Made by a program: the position numbers and the translations under genes. A stretch of 64,000 bases of DNA from contig JADGNZ010000035.1 in NCBI GenBank assembly GCA_017883205.1, positions 444 through 64,443 on the forward strand, read 5' to 3'. Shown here in pieces: positions 8,325 through 19,903 of the stretch. This DNA is from Thermoanaerobaculia bacterium (GTDB lineage Bacteria; Acidobacteriota; Thermoanaerobaculia; Gp7-AA8). The notes under the pieces were generated by a model. It made no database searches. It was not told the DNA's origin and saw only the letters and a list, made by a program, of their open reading frames with translations. The first letter of the stretch is position 1. Each line of letters begins with the position of its first letter.

Positions 8325-9142
8325 TCCAGCGGCAGGACGTCCGGAAGAAGCTTCGCCGGGGCGTCTACATCGTCCCCACGTCGTTCACGATGCTGAACAT
8401 CTTCTTCGGCTTCCGTTCGATCGTGAACAGCATGCGCGGCGCCGAGGCGATTGCGCTCGGGAGGATGGACCTGGCGGTGCACGCGTTCGAGATCGCCTGC
8501 ATTTCGCTGCTGATCGCCGCGGTATTCGACACGTTCGACGGACTCGTAGCCCGGCAGCTCGGCGCAACGAGCGAGTTCGGGAAGGAGTACGACTCGCTCG
8601 CGGACGTCGTCACGTTCGGCTGCGCCCCCGCCGTCCTCGTCTACGCCTGGGGCCTTCAATCCCTCGGCAAGCTCGGTGTCGGCATCGCCTTTCTCTTCCT
8701 GGTCAGTGTCTCGCTACGGCTGGCGCGATTCAACGTCATGACCGGCAAGACTGACTACCGCTACTTCGTCGGACTGCCCAGTCCGGCCGGAGCGCTGACG
8801 CTCGCCGCGGTCATCTACTACGCACCGGCTCCGGTGCTCGACCATCGCTTCGCCAGCGTGATCATGATCCTCACCGCCCTCACGGCCTTCGCGATGGTCT
8901 CCCCGATTCGCTGGCGCGCGCAGAAGGGCATCAATTTCCAGAAGGGACGATCGCTGATGTACATCGTGGTCATCGCCGCGATCCTCGCCGTAGCCTGGGC
9001 CTGGCCGCGTCCGTTCCTCCTCTTCTTCGCCATCGCCTATCTCGCCTCGGGGCCGCTGATCCGCCTTTGGACGATCGTGTTCCCACCGCAGATTCCCATT
9101 GATGGGGCGTCGCTGGTCGGGAGTCGGGAGTCGCAGCCGTAG
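8321..9142 (+). CDS. pssA: CDP-diacylglycerol--serine O-phosphatidyltransferase
   Basis: DTFDGLVAR..SEFGKEYDSLADVVTFG, RLARFN, FVGLPSP; ATGA overlap with psd. Confidence 0.95.
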   Translation: MIQRQDVRKKLRRGVYIVPTSFTMLNIFFGFRSIVNSMRGAEAIALGRMDLAVHAFEIACISLLIAAVFDTFDGLVARQLGATSEFGKEYDSLADVVTFGCAPAVLVYAWGLQSLGKLGVGIAFLFLVSVSLRLARFNVMTGKTDYRYFVGLPSPAGALTLAAVIYYAPAPVLDHRFASVIMILTALTAFAMVSPIRWRAQKGINFQKGRSLMYIVVIAAILAVAWAWPRPFLLFFAIAYLASGPLIRLWTIVFPPQIPIDGASLVGSRESQP

Positions 9143-9247
9143 GGTGTCGTTTGTCGGCGGTTGGGAGTCGTAGAAAAAAGGCCGAGCTCTCATCAGTTCC
9201 GCGCCGGTTTCTTCTTCGACACCCGACCCCCGAACACCGACACCCGC
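9110..9247. repeat. Heptamer inverted-repeat element overlapping the pssA 3' end
   Basis: gtcgctggtcgggagtcgggagtcg ... cgacacccgacccccgaacaccgacacccg. Confidence 0.7.
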
Positions 9248-9270
9248 ATGTGCTACAAATCGCGCCGCAA

Positions 9271-10269
9271 ATGACCGAGCCAAAGAAGCCCTCCGGCTAC
9301 CGCCTTGCCATCGTCAATCCGCAGACTCTGGTCGGCGCGGAGATCCAGTCGATCCTGCGCGAGCGCTCCTTTCCGTTCGCCAAAGTCGTCCTGCTCGACA
9401 GCAGCGGAACGGCGACCGGATTGCTGACGGAGATCGGCGACGAGCCCGCAGTGGTGCTCCCGGTTTCCGATGATGAGATGGAGGATTGCGACATCGTCTT
9501 CTTCTGCGGACCGGCCGAGAAGAATCGTGAATGGATCGAGCGCTACGACGATGACAACTTTGTGGCGATCGATCTCTCGCAACCTTCCAGCGCCGAGGAT
9601 GGGAAGCTGGTCATTGCCGGCGTGAATCTCGACGAAATCGACGCGCTTGACCGGCTGCTCATCTCGCCGCATCCGGCAGCGATTCCGATTGCGCTCATCC
9701 TCCACCAGATCGAGCGCATCAGCCGCGTGGAGAGTTGCACCGCAACGGTCGTGCAGCCGGCGTCCGAAGCGGGTCAGCTCGGCCTGGATGAGCTGGCCCG
9801 TCAGACGATCAGCGTCCTCAACATCCAGACCGTGCCGCAGGAAGTGTTCGACCGGCAACTGGCCTTCAATCTCTACCCCGCTCCGGAGCGCAACGAGGAG
9901 TACATCGCCTCGCAGATCCGCGCCCTGACCGATCCCACCACGCAACTGGCGCTCCTGATGACGCAGGGCACGATCTTTCACAGCCACACGTTCTCGCTCT
10001 TCGTGCGGACGAAAGAGGATCTCAGCGTGGAACGGATCACGACGTCGCTTCGCGAGAACGCCGCGATCGCGCTCGCGGAGGGCGACCAGGCCTTCGGCAC
10101 GATCGACGCGGCGGGCAAGGACGAAGTGCTGATCGCCGAGGTGCGGCCGGATGCGTCGATTCGCGGCGGCTTCTGGGTGTGGGCCGTCTGCGATAATCTC
10201 CGCCGCAGTTCCGCACTGAACGCCGTGCTCATCGCCGAGAAGGTATTGTTCGGAAGCGGAGTGAATTAG
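9271..10269 (+). CDS. Aspartate-semialdehyde dehydrogenase-like protein (Asd/Usg-like, probably inactive)
   Basis: AIDLS, QPASEAG, QLAFNLYP, DNLRRSSALNAV match the Asd fold; the GATG and NPNC motifs are altered. Confidence 0.8.
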   Translation: MTEPKKPSGYRLAIVNPQTLVGAEIQSILRERSFPFAKVVLLDSSGTATGLLTEIGDEPAVVLPVSDDEMEDCDIVFFCGPAEKNREWIERYDDDNFVAIDLSQPSSAEDGKLVIAGVNLDEIDALDRLLISPHPAAIPIALILHQIERISRVESCTATVVQPASEAGQLGLDELARQTISVLNIQTVPQEVFDRQLAFNLYPAPERNEEYIASQIRALTDPTTQLALLMTQGTIFHSHTFSLFVRTKEDLSVERITTSLRENAAIALAEGDQAFGTIDAAGKDEVLIAEVRPDASIRGGFWVWAVCDNLRRSSALNAVLIAEKVLFGSGVN

Positions 10270-10277
10270 GGGCGCAG

Positions 10278-10412
10278 TGGATTGGTGATTAGTGATTAGT
10301 GGATAAATGACCCGCGGGTTTGCCAGTTACCGATCCACGAATCACTAGAATCCGACTGATCCGACTGATCCGACTGATCCGACTGATCTCCTGATCTCTC
10401 ACTAATCTGACC
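10278..10412. repeat. Heptamer (GTGATTA) repeat element plus ATCCGACTG x4 (10350-10385)
   Basis: Read directly from the sequence. Confidence 0.8.
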
Positions 10413-10440
10413 TGCTAAGCCAAGAAGGAGAAGACACCCC

Positions 10441-10929
10441 ATGCAAGACTTCTACGAACCGAAAGTCGGCGACGTAGCACCCGACTTTCGTCTGCCGTCG
10501 ACGCGCGGCAAAGAGATGACGCTGAAAGAGCACAAGGGCAAGGACGTCATCCTTTACTTTTATCCGAAGGACGATACGCCGGGCTGTACCGCCGAGGCCT
10601 GCTCGTTCCGGGATCACGAATCCGATCTCAGCAAAGCCCACGCGGTCGTCCTCGGCGTTTCCACCGACTCGCTGGAAAGTCACGATAAGTTCCGCGGCAA
10701 GTACGAGCTCAACTTCCCCCTCCTCTCCGACTCGATGGGCGACATCGTGAAAATGTACGGCGTCTGGAAAGAGAAGAACATGTACGGCAAGCGCTATTGG
10801 GGCGTGGCCCGCACAACGTTCTGGATCGGCCCGGACGGCAAGATCAAGAAGATCTGGAAAAAGGTCGACACGAAGCGCCACGCGGAAGAGGTGCTGGCCG
10901 CGCTGGACGAAGCGCACGCGAAGAAATAG
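10441..10929 (+). CDS. bcp: Peroxiredoxin Bcp/PrxQ
   Basis: YFYPKDDTPGCTAEACSFRD; RBS aaggag. Confidence 0.92.
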   Translation: MQDFYEPKVGDVAPDFRLPSTRGKEMTLKEHKGKDVILYFYPKDDTPGCTAEACSFRDHESDLSKAHAVVLGVSTDSLESHDKFRGKYELNFPLLSDSMGDIVKMYGVWKEKNMYGKRYWGVARTTFWIGPDGKIKKIWKKVDTKRHAEEVLAALDEAHAKK

Positions 10930-10934
10930 CGTTT

Positions 10935-11004
10935 CATCTGCGCACCATCTGCGTCATCTGCGGAAAAAGCTTTGGTCCGCAGATTACGCAGATGGGCGCA
11001 GATG
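10935..11004. repeat. Hairpin of CATCTGCG/CGCAGAT repeats (same family as 7139)
   Basis: catctgcgcaccatctgcgtcatctgcgga ... tccgcagattacgcagatgggcgcagatg. Confidence 0.85.
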
Positions 11005-11032
11005 GGAACCTGCACGATTCGGCATCGTCTAA
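11005..11032 (+). promoter_or_regulatory. Putative autoregulatory ECF sigma promoter
   Basis: GGAAC-N16-CGTCTAA directly upstream of the ECF sigma gene. Confidence 0.7.
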
Positions 11033-11083
11033 TAAACGATCTCCTCCCTTCCCGAGTAGAGGTTGTTTGAGAACGCACGAACG

Positions 11084-11695
11084 ATGACTGCCGAGGCGCT
11101 TTTGACGATGGATGTAACCGTAGCACTCCGGGTGTCGGAGACGGCGCCGGCGCTCCTCGCGGCAATCCGCCTGGCCCGCGACGGTGACGAGCGTGCCTTC
11201 GAGGAGATCATGCTCGCATCCCAACATCGTGTCGCATTGCTTTCGTGGCGAATCCTGGGGGATGCCGAAGAGGTCAAGGAAGCGACGCAGGAGACGTTTC
11301 TGCGCGTCTTCCGCCACCTGCACGGCTACGACGAGCAGCAGAACTTCTTCGGCTGGCTCTTCCGGGTCACGGTAAACGTCTGCCGCGATCTGGAGAAGAA
11401 ACGCAGACGGCGCTGGATCTTCGCTCCGTTCGATTCCGCGGTGAACATCGCCAGCAGCGCACGCGCCGCGGACGACGATCTTGCGGCGAAGGACGAAGTC
11501 GTGATGCTGACGCGCGCCATCGACGCGCTGCCGGCGAAAGAGCGGCTGGCGATCATCCTGCGCGACGTCGAGGAGCTGCCGACCGACGAAGTGGCCGCAA
11601 TCCTCGGCAGCTCGCCCGCAACGGTGCGGGTGCAAATCAGCAAAGCACGCGCAAAGCTGCGCACATGGATCGAAGCGCGAGGAGGTTCGCGATGA
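11084..11695 (+). CDS. ECF RNA polymerase sigma factor
   Basis: DGDERAFEEI, QETFLRVF, FFGWLFRVTVNVCRD, region 4 LP..ERLAIILRD..EVAAILG..TVRVQISKAR; start uncertain (11084 or 11108). Confidence 0.92.
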   Translation: MTAEALLTMDVTVALRVSETAPALLAAIRLARDGDERAFEEIMLASQHRVALLSWRILGDAEEVKEATQETFLRVFRHLHGYDEQQNFFGWLFRVTVNVCRDLEKKRRRRWIFAPFDSAVNIASSARAADDDLAAKDEVVMLTRAIDALPAKERLAIILRDVEELPTDEVAAILGSSPATVRVQISKARAKLRTWIEARGGSR

Positions 11696-12204
11696 AGATG
11701 ACCGAGTTCCGTTCGACGCATCCGCTGACTGACGACGACCTGGCCGCGGTCCGCGCCAACGTCATGGCCACGATCGGCGCGCAAAGCAAGCGGCGCGGAA
11801 TCCCTCTGTTTGTGCGCCTGGCTATTGCCGCGCTGCTCGTCATCGCCATCGGCATCAGCTTCCTCGCCAGACGGCAGACACCGGCTTCGCTGATTACCAG
11901 CAACCCGCATGTCGTTACACCGACGATCACGCACCGTGTAGCACCGGCGGCTCCGCAGGTGAACACAACCATCGAGACCGCGCGCGCTGCGCTGCCGTCA
12001 AACGCCGTTCAATCAGCGAAGGCTTCGATGCCGAAACGGGTGGCCTCCCAGCCAGTTGCCCGCGCTGTCTACCGGCCAAAACATCGTCCACCGCAGAATC
12101 CCGAGTACCAAACCATCCGCATGGAAATCCGGACGCCGGATCCCGACGTCCGCATCATCTGGATCGCGAACCAGACCCCGACAACAACAGGAGGCAACTC
12201 ATGA
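11692..12204 (+). CDS. Putative single-TM anti-sigma factor
   Basis: ATGA overlap with the sigma gene; TM LAIAALLVIAIGISFLA; Pro/Ala linker; C-terminal TPDPDVRIIWI. Confidence 0.7.
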   Translation: MKMTEFRSTHPLTDDDLAAVRANVMATIGAQSKRRGIPLFVRLAIAALLVIAIGISFLARRQTPASLITSNPHVVTPTITHRVAPAAPQVNTTIETARAALPSNAVQSAKASMPKRVASQPVARAVYRPKHRPPQNPEYQTIRMEIRTPDPDVRIIWIANQTPTTTGGNS

Positions 12205-13001
12205 AACGACTCATCGTCATCATCGCTGCACTGCTCATCTCCGCTGCCGCGCTGGCACAAGAGAAAAGCCAGGACAAGAACACAGAGGAGTACAACACGA
12301 CGCGCGAGCTCCAGAGCAAAGTCTTCGAGGTGCACAGCCGCGACGCACGCGAAATCGCCTCGTCCGTAAAGCTGCTGGGCAGCGGCTTCAAAGGCACGGC
12401 CCTCAGCGTCAACGAGGACCTGCACACAATCACCGTCCGCGATTTCAAGGAAAACATCATCGCCATCGAGAGCGCCATCGCGCGGCTCGATCAACCCGTC
12501 GCCGACACGCCCAACATCGAGATGAAAATCTCCGTCCTGATCGGATCGAAGACTCCGCTCGCCGGCGCCGAAAGCATCCCCGAGGAATTGGAGCCTGTGG
12601 TCAAGCAGCTTCAATCGACGCTCCGCTACGCGCACTACGGCCTGATGACGGCCACCGTACAGCGCACGAAGCCAGGCCTCGGCATCAACGGTTCCGGCGT
12701 CGCCGAGCCCACGCTTCTCGGCATGACGGTTCGCGAAGGACAACCGATCCTCTACACCTACAACCTGTTCCAGATCTCTACGACCAGCGGCGAACGCCCC
12801 GCGATCGACATCCAAAATTTCAAATTCTCGATGCGCGTCCCCATCACCGTCGGCGCTACCCAACCAATCCAGTACCAGTCGGTCGGCTTCGAGACCCCCG
12901 TCTCCGTCCGCCAAAATGAAAAGGTAGTCATCGGCACAACGACCATGGGCGACAAAGCGCTGATCGTGGTGGTAACTGCGACGGTGGTGCCGAAGGGGTA
13001 G
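12201..13001 (+). CDS. Secreted protein with a Secretin_N (N3-like) domain
   Basis: Signal peptide; FEVHSRDAREI...NEDLHTITVRD..ENI..IE..IARLDQP; beta-rich C-terminus. Confidence 0.65.
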   Translation: MKRLIVIIAALLISAAALAQEKSQDKNTEEYNTTRELQSKVFEVHSRDAREIASSVKLLGSGFKGTALSVNEDLHTITVRDFKENIIAIESAIARLDQPVADTPNIEMKISVLIGSKTPLAGAESIPEELEPVVKQLQSTLRYAHYGLMTATVQRTKPGLGINGSGVAEPTLLGMTVREGQPILYTYNLFQISTTSGERPAIDIQNFKFSMRVPITVGATQPIQYQSVGFETPVSVRQNEKVVIGTTTMGDKALIVVVTATVVPKG

Positions 13002-13056
13002 GAACGATCTCGCAACTCTTCACACTCCCCTTCACACTCTTGCCAAACTCTCCGAT

Positions 13057-13141
13057 CGAGCGACTTCTCCCCCACGCTTTTGTGGGGGAGAGGGTCTCCG
13101 GAAGCACCGAAGGTGGCACACGGAAGGCCGGATGAGGGGGT
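13057..13141. repeat. REP-like element (family of 3970-4180)
   Basis: cttctcccccacgcttttgtgggggagagg ... gccggatgaggggg. Confidence 0.8.
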
Positions 13142-13174
13142 TCAAATGGGCCGCAACGGAAGCGACCGAGCCGC

Positions 13175-13372
13175 CTAATCGTCCAGCTTTCTGTCGGCGA
13201 TGACGCCACCCATAGCCACAACGCGGCGGGGCGCAAAGCTCACGAGCCGGTCTGCGTGCTGGTCCTCGCGTTGACGAAGATAGTCGAACAGTTTGTCGAG
13301 GTCGTTGCCAACCTCGTTCATCAGTTCCTCGCGCAGTTTGCGAGTTTCAGCGACGATCGGATCTTCGTGCAT
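13175..13372 (-). CDS. Small DPIV-motif protein, typical partner downstream of PIN toxins
   Basis: MHEDPIVAETRKLREEL...GNDLDKLFDYLRQRE. Confidence 0.6.
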   Translation of the reverse strand: MHEDPIVAETRKLREELMNEVGNDLDKLFDYLRQREDQHADRLVSFAPRRVVAMGGVIADRKLDD

Positions 13373-13375
13373 CGT

Positions 13376-13399
13376 TCAGCCTTCCATCAGTTCCTCGGG
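13376..13399 (-). pseudogene. Remnant 3' end of a PIN/VapC-type gene (PEELMEG*)
   Basis: cccgaggaactgatggaaggctga ends 3 bp before the DPIV ORF start. Confidence 0.5.
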
Positions 13400-13428
13400 T
13401 TATCCACACGCTGCGGTTGAACGCCGCC

Positions 13429-14589
13429 CTACACCGCCGCCGGTTTGAACGCCCGAATCCGGTTGCACGCTTCTTCCAGCGAGGCGAAGTCCTTCGCGAA
13501 GCAGAAGCGGAGCATGCGTTTGCCGGTCTCTGAGGCGAAGAAGGCTGAGCCGGGAACCGAGGCGACACGCGAGGTTTCGAGGAGGGATTGCGCGGCTTCG
13601 CGGTCGTCGCGGAAGTCGTCTGGGATTTTCGCGAGCATGTAGTAGGCGCCTTGCGGGACCGAGGGCTCGAAGCCGGCTTCGTGGAGTGCGGCGGCGAGCA
13701 TGTCGCGTTTCTTCTGGTAGTCGGCGGCGAGGTCGGTGTAGTAATCGTCGCCGATGTCGAGGGCGCGGGCGATGCCCCATTGCAGCGGCGTCGGGGCGCA
13801 GACGTAGAACAAATCGTTGACGAGTCCGATCGATGACGAGATCCGTGCATCGACGGCGACGTAGCCGATGCGCCAACCGGTCACGGAAAATGTCTTCGAA
13901 AAGCCGCTGATCGTGATCGTCAGATCGCGGCACGATTCGATCGACGCCATCGACACGTGGCGGAGGCCGTCGTAGACGATGTACTCGTAGATCTCGTCGG
14001 TATAGGCCCAGGCGCCAAACTCGCGGCAGAGCGCGCCGATCTTTTCCATCTCGTCGCGCGTGAAGACTTTGCCGCAGGGATTCGACGGCGTGCAGACGAC
14101 GATGCCGCGCGTCTTCGGACCGAACGCGGCGCGCAGCGCATCGAAATCGATCGACCAGTCGGGAGCGGTCAACGGCACGAACTTCGGCACGATGCCGAGG
14201 ACGCGCAGGGTGTTGAGGTGGTAGCCGTAGTAGGGCTCGAAGAGGATGACTTCGTCGCCGGCGTTGAGGGTGGCCAGCGTTGCCGCGGCAAATCCGCCGG
14301 TCGATCCCACCGTCACGATCACCTCGGTGGCCGGATCGACTTTGAAGCCGTTGAAGCGCTCGATCTTCCGGGCGATTTTCTCGCGCAACGGATCGATCCC
14401 TTCGAACTTCGAGTAGGTCGCTTTGTTCGTGCGGATGGCCTCGCAGGCGCCGTCGACGAGCTCGGGAATCGTCGGCAGATCGCAGATGCCTTGCCCGAGG
14501 TTGATACCGCCGACGCGCTCGCATTCGCGGGACATGCGGCGGATGTCAGACTGCACGAGGCCGCGGAGACGATCGCTGATCTGGTTCAT
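13429..14589 (-). CDS. PLP-dependent aminotransferase, class I/II
   Basis: INLGQG, TPSNPCGKV, TDEIYE, SGFSKTFSVTGWRIGY, RFCFAK; start MNQISDRL. Confidence 0.92.
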   Translation of the reverse strand: MNQISDRLRGLVQSDIRRMSRECERVGGINLGQGICDLPTIPELVDGACEAIRTNKATYSKFEGIDPLREKIARKIERFNGFKVDPATEVIVTVGSTGGFAAATLATLNAGDEVILFEPYYGYHLNTLRVLGIVPKFVPLTAPDWSIDFDALRAAFGPKTRGIVVCTPSNPCGKVFTRDEMEKIGALCREFGAWAYTDEIYEYIVYDGLRHVSMASIESCRDLTITISGFSKTFSVTGWRIGYVAVDARISSSIGLVNDLFYVCAPTPLQWGIARALDIGDDYYTDLAADYQKKRDMLAAALHEAGFEPSVPQGAYYMLAKIPDDFRDDREAAQSLLETSRVASVPGSAFFASETGKRMLRFCFAKDFASLEEACNRIRAFKPAAV

Positions 14590-14601
14590 GGTGGGTAGTT
14601 T

Positions 14602-14703
14602 AAAGCACAGACAAGAGTGTCTGTGCCACATTGAGCTGCGCGACAGGAAGCCCTGAGCAAAGAAGCAGGTGCGATGGGGCACAGACACTCTTGTCTGTGC
14701 TTT
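14602..14703. repeat. Inverted REP-like doublet
   Basis: aaagcacagacaagagtgtctgtgcc ... ggcacagacactcttgtctgtgcttt (26-bp perfect IR; each arm is itself palindromic). Confidence 0.85.
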
Positions 14704-14707
14704 CGAA

Positions 14708-15547
14708 TTATGACGACCGAAACACCCCCGCCCACCACTCCCCTTTCGATCGCTCTTCAACGATCGACAGTCCGTGCTTCGCGCACGCGGCAACAACGTC
14801 ATCTCGCTTGATCACGAGGATGCCGCTGAGGATCAGAGAGCCGCCGACGTGTGGCTTCACGTCGCCGAGGAGCGGGATGATGACCTCGGGAATGATGTTC
14901 ATGGTGATGATGTCGAAGGCACCGCCGCGCAACGCATCGACTCCACCGATGAAGAGCGGCATCCGATCGGGCTCGACGTCGTTGCGGGCGCGGTTCTCGC
15001 GCAGCGCCGCGAACGCGTCGACGTCGTTGTCGAAGGCGCTGACCTGCTGCGCGCCGAGGCGGCACATGGCCAGGGCGAGGATGCCGCTGCCGGCGCCGAT
15101 GTCGAGCCCTCGTTTACCGGCGACGTCCATCGTTTCCAGGATCTCGATGCAGAGCGATGTCGTTTCATGGGAGCCGGTGCCGAAGGCTTGCTCCTGCGGG
15201 ACGACCAGCGCGTGGCGTTTGGTATCGCTCGGGATCAGCCTGGCATCGGGAGCGACGATGAAACGCTTGCCGATGAATAGCGGCTCGAGCGATTGCTGGT
15301 AATGCTCGAGCCAATCGATCCGTTCGCGCTCGGTGGCGTGGAGCTCGATGCCTTCAATATCGCGCAACTCCGCCTCGGCAGCGTCACGATCGTGTGCGGA
15401 ATCGAAGTATGCGGAAACGATCGATTGGCCGCTCTCAACGATTGCTGCGCTGCCGGTCGATTGCGTGAGGAACAGCCGCGACTGCACGAGATCTTCGAGC
15501 GCGAGGTCGCGCGCGTCAAAGGAGACGTCGAGGATGAAGTCCTTCAC
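14708..15547 (-). CDS. prmA: Ribosomal protein L11 methyltransferase
   Basis: [28 protein letters not shown]. Confidence 0.92.
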   Translation of the reverse strand: MKDFILDVSFDARDLALEDLVQSRLFLTQSTGSAAIVESGQSIVSAYFDSAHDRDAAEAELRDIEGIELHATERERIDWLEHYQQSLEPLFIGKRFIVAPDARLIPSDTKRHALVVPQEQAFGTGSHETTSLCIEILETMDVAGKRGLDIGAGSGILALAMCRLGAQQVSAFDNDVDAFAALRENRARNDVEPDRMPLFIGGVDALRGGAFDIITMNIIPEVIIPLLGDVKPHVGGSLILSGILVIKRDDVVAACAKHGLSIVEERSKGEWWAGVFRSS

Positions 15548-16161
15548 GCTTCCGGAACGCCGTAAAGTTCGACGTAGTCTTCCATCGCCGCCTGCACGAC
15601 CGCGTGGGCGTGCGCGAAGCCGTACGAGCCGGAGACGCGGATGTGGACAGGCTCGCCCGGCACGAGCTTGTACGTGGCGAAGTAGTGCTCGAGCCGCTCG
15701 ATGAGCACGGAGGGAACGTCGCTGAGGTCGTGGGCCTCGCCCCAGACGTAATCGCCCTGCAAGACAGCGATGATCTTGTCGTCCGCCTCATCGCGATCGA
15801 CCAGCTGCAATCCGCCGATGACGCGCGCGGAGAGGATGATCTCCGACTTGGCGATCGGCCGCTCGCTGAGGACGCAGATGTCGAGCGGATCACCGTCGCC
15901 GCGCTTGGTGACCGGCGTCAGAGCGGCGACGCGTGGACCGCAGTACGTTCTGGGGATGAAACCGTAGAGCGCAGGCGGTTGCGACGATGTTCGCTGCGGA
16001 CGATCGACGCGAAGGTAGCCGCTCGCCTTGTCGACCTCGTACTTGATGAGATCGAACGGGGTGATCTCAATGTAGGCGTTGACGATGCTCGGGACATCCG
16101 AACCGGTGGGCAGTCCGTGCCAGGGATGGGGACGCCAGCGGGAGAAGTTCTGATCGGCCAC
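15544..16161 (-). CDS. ppa: Inorganic pyrophosphatase (family I)
   Basis: [31 protein letters not shown]. Confidence 0.92.
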   Translation of the reverse strand: MADQNFSRWRPHPWHGLPTGSDVPSIVNAYIEITPFDLIKYEVDKASGYLRVDRPQRTSSQPPALYGFIPRTYCGPRVAALTPVTKRGDGDPLDICVLSERPIAKSEIILSARVIGGLQLVDRDEADDKIIAVLQGDYVWGEAHDLSDVPSVLIERLEHYFATYKLVPGEPVHIRVSGSYGFAHAHAVVQAAMEDYVELYGVPEA

Positions 16162-16195
16162 GGGGAAGAATTCTAACGCGATGCTTCCGCGGCGA

Positions 16196-16627
16196 TCATT
16201 GCCACAGTTTCCATGGATTCAGTACCGGCACATTCGCGCGCTCAAATTCAGTTGTGTCACGAGAAACGACCGTCAGTCCATGGTGAACAGCGGTCGCCGC
16301 GATCATGAGATCCGCCTGCGAAAAAGTGTGGCCAGTCTTGCGTCCCTTCTCAATGAGTAGTCGCCACTTCAGTAAGATGTCTTCGGTGATCTCGAGAACT
16401 CGGTTCTCGAACATCGGACGCGCCTGGTTGACCAACCATTCCGTCAGTTCCATTCGCCGGCCCGCATCCTTCAAGATCTCGATGCCGAATCGAATCTCGG
16501 CAAATGTGACGACGCTGACGAACAGGCGATGGAACTGCTGTCCGGATACAAACCGCACAACGTTCGCGTCCGGCTTCGGGCGCCGCAACTCGGACACGAC
16601 GTTCGTATCGAGCAACCAGCCGTTCAC
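16196..16627 (-). CDS. vapC: VapC/PIN-domain toxin
   Basis: [26 protein letters not shown]. Confidence 0.9.
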   Translation of the reverse strand: MNGWLLDTNVVSELRRPKPDANVVRFVSGQQFHRLFVSVVTFAEIRFGIEILKDAGRRMELTEWLVNQARPMFENRVLEITEDILLKWRLLIEKGRKTGHTFSQADLMIAATAVHHGLTVVSRDTTEFERANVPVLNPWKLWQ

Positions 16628-16920
16628 AGCTTCACAGGGCGAGTACGTGCCGGTGTGCGAACGCGCTCGATGGTGATGTCGCGCAACGGCGAATTCTGCA
16701 GCATCCTCACGAGCACCTCCCCGGTTGGTTGGCCCTTCGCCCGGCGATACTCTTCCACCGAGATCACAACCACCTCTTCGCGGCCGTGCACCGTGATCTG
16801 CTGCGGGCCTTCTGTTTTCGCCTTGCGCACAACCTCACTGAACCGGGCTTTCGCATCTTGAAGAGACCACTGTCCTGGAGTATTTGTGACCTTTGCGGCG
16901 GATTCTCGAATTCTAGTCAT
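16624..16920 (-). CDS. Phd/YefM-family antitoxin
   Basis: WSLQDAKARFSEVVRKA..EGPQQITVHG; GTGA overlap with the toxin. Confidence 0.9.
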   Translation of the reverse strand: MTRIRESAAKVTNTPGQWSLQDAKARFSEVVRKAKTEGPQQITVHGREEVVVISVEEYRRAKGQPTGEVLVRMLQNSPLRDITIERVRTPARTRPVKL

Positions 16921-16936
16921 AGTGACTAGTATACGC

Positions 16937-18055
16937 CTACGGCGCCGTGAAAAAGTCCTTCACCTTCCCGAACACGCCCTTGTCCTGCATCGGGGTCTCG
17001 CCTTCCAGCTCTGCGTAGCGCGCCAGCAGATCGCGATGCGCTTCGTCGAGGGTTGTCGGGATGCGCACGGAGACGTGGACGTAGTGGTCGCCGCGGCCGG
17101 GGCCCTGGAGGAACTGCACGCCCTTGTTGCGGAGGCGGAAGATCTGGTTCGGTTGGGTACCGGGAGGAACGCGCAGCGGCTCCGTTCCTTCGATGGTCGC
17201 GGTCTGCAGGTCGGCGCCGAGGGCGGCCTGGGTGAACGAAATGGTCTGTTCGGAATGGATGTCGTAGTCGCGGCGCGTAAAGGTGGCGTGCTCGCGAACG
17301 GCGAGGAAAACGTACAGGTCGCCGGATGGTCCGCCGTTGAATCCGGCTTCGCCTTCGCCCGCCACGCGCAGACGCGAGCCGTCGTCGACGCCTGCCGGGA
17401 TCTTGACCGAGATCGTCTTCTCTTCGCGTACGCGGCCGGCGCCGTCGCACGACGCGCACGGATCCTTGATGACCTTTCCGGCGCCGCCGCATTGCGGGCA
17501 CGTGCGAGCGACCGCGAAGAAGCCCTGCGAGTAGCGCACTTGTCCGCGGCCCGCGCATCCGGTGCAGGTGACCGGTTGCGTGCCCGCTTTCGCGCCGCTG
17601 CCGTGACAGACGCTGCACGTGGCAACGCGGGGAACGTCGATCGTCACATCCTTGCCGAAGACCGCTTCCTCGAATTCGAGGGTGAGGTCGTAGCGGAGAT
17701 CGTTTCCACGCGCGGCGCGGGTGGTGCGCTTGCGGCCGGTACCGAAGAAGTCGCCGAATCCGAAGAGGTCGCCGAGGATGTCGCCGAAGTCGGCGAACTG
17801 GCTTGGATCAAAGCCGCCGCCACCGACGGCCTGGTGGCCGAAGCGGTCGTAGCGTGCGCGTTTCTCGTCATCCGAAAGCACGCCATACGCCTCGGCCGCT
17901 TCCTTGAACTTCTCCTCGGCATCCGCATCGCCCGGATTCTTGTCGGGGTGGTACTTCACGGCCAGGCGGCGGTATGCCTTCTTGATGTCGTCGACGGCGG
18001 CGGTGCGGGCGATGCCGAGGACTTCGTAGTAGTCGCGTTTTTCTGTCGTAGCCAT
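16937..18055 (-). CDS. dnaJ: Chaperone DnaJ
   Basis: HPD J-domain and four CxxCxGxG repeats. Confidence 0.97.
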   Translation of the reverse strand: MATTEKRDYYEVLGIARTAAVDDIKKAYRRLAVKYHPDKNPGDADAEEKFKEAAEAYGVLSDDEKRARYDRFGHQAVGGGGFDPSQFADFGDILGDLFGFGDFFGTGRKRTTRAARGNDLRYDLTLEFEEAVFGKDVTIDVPRVATCSVCHGSGAKAGTQPVTCTGCAGRGQVRYSQGFFAVARTCPQCGGAGKVIKDPCASCDGAGRVREEKTISVKIPAGVDDGSRLRVAGEGEAGFNGGPSGDLYVFLAVREHATFTRRDYDIHSEQTISFTQAALGADLQTATIEGTEPLRVPPGTQPNQIFRLRNKGVQFLQGPGRGDHYVHVSVRIPTTLDEAHRDLLARYAELEGETPMQDKGVFGKVKDFFTAP

Positions 18056-18058
18056 CGT

Positions 18059-19900
<1,842 letters not shown>

Positions 19901-19903
19901 GAA

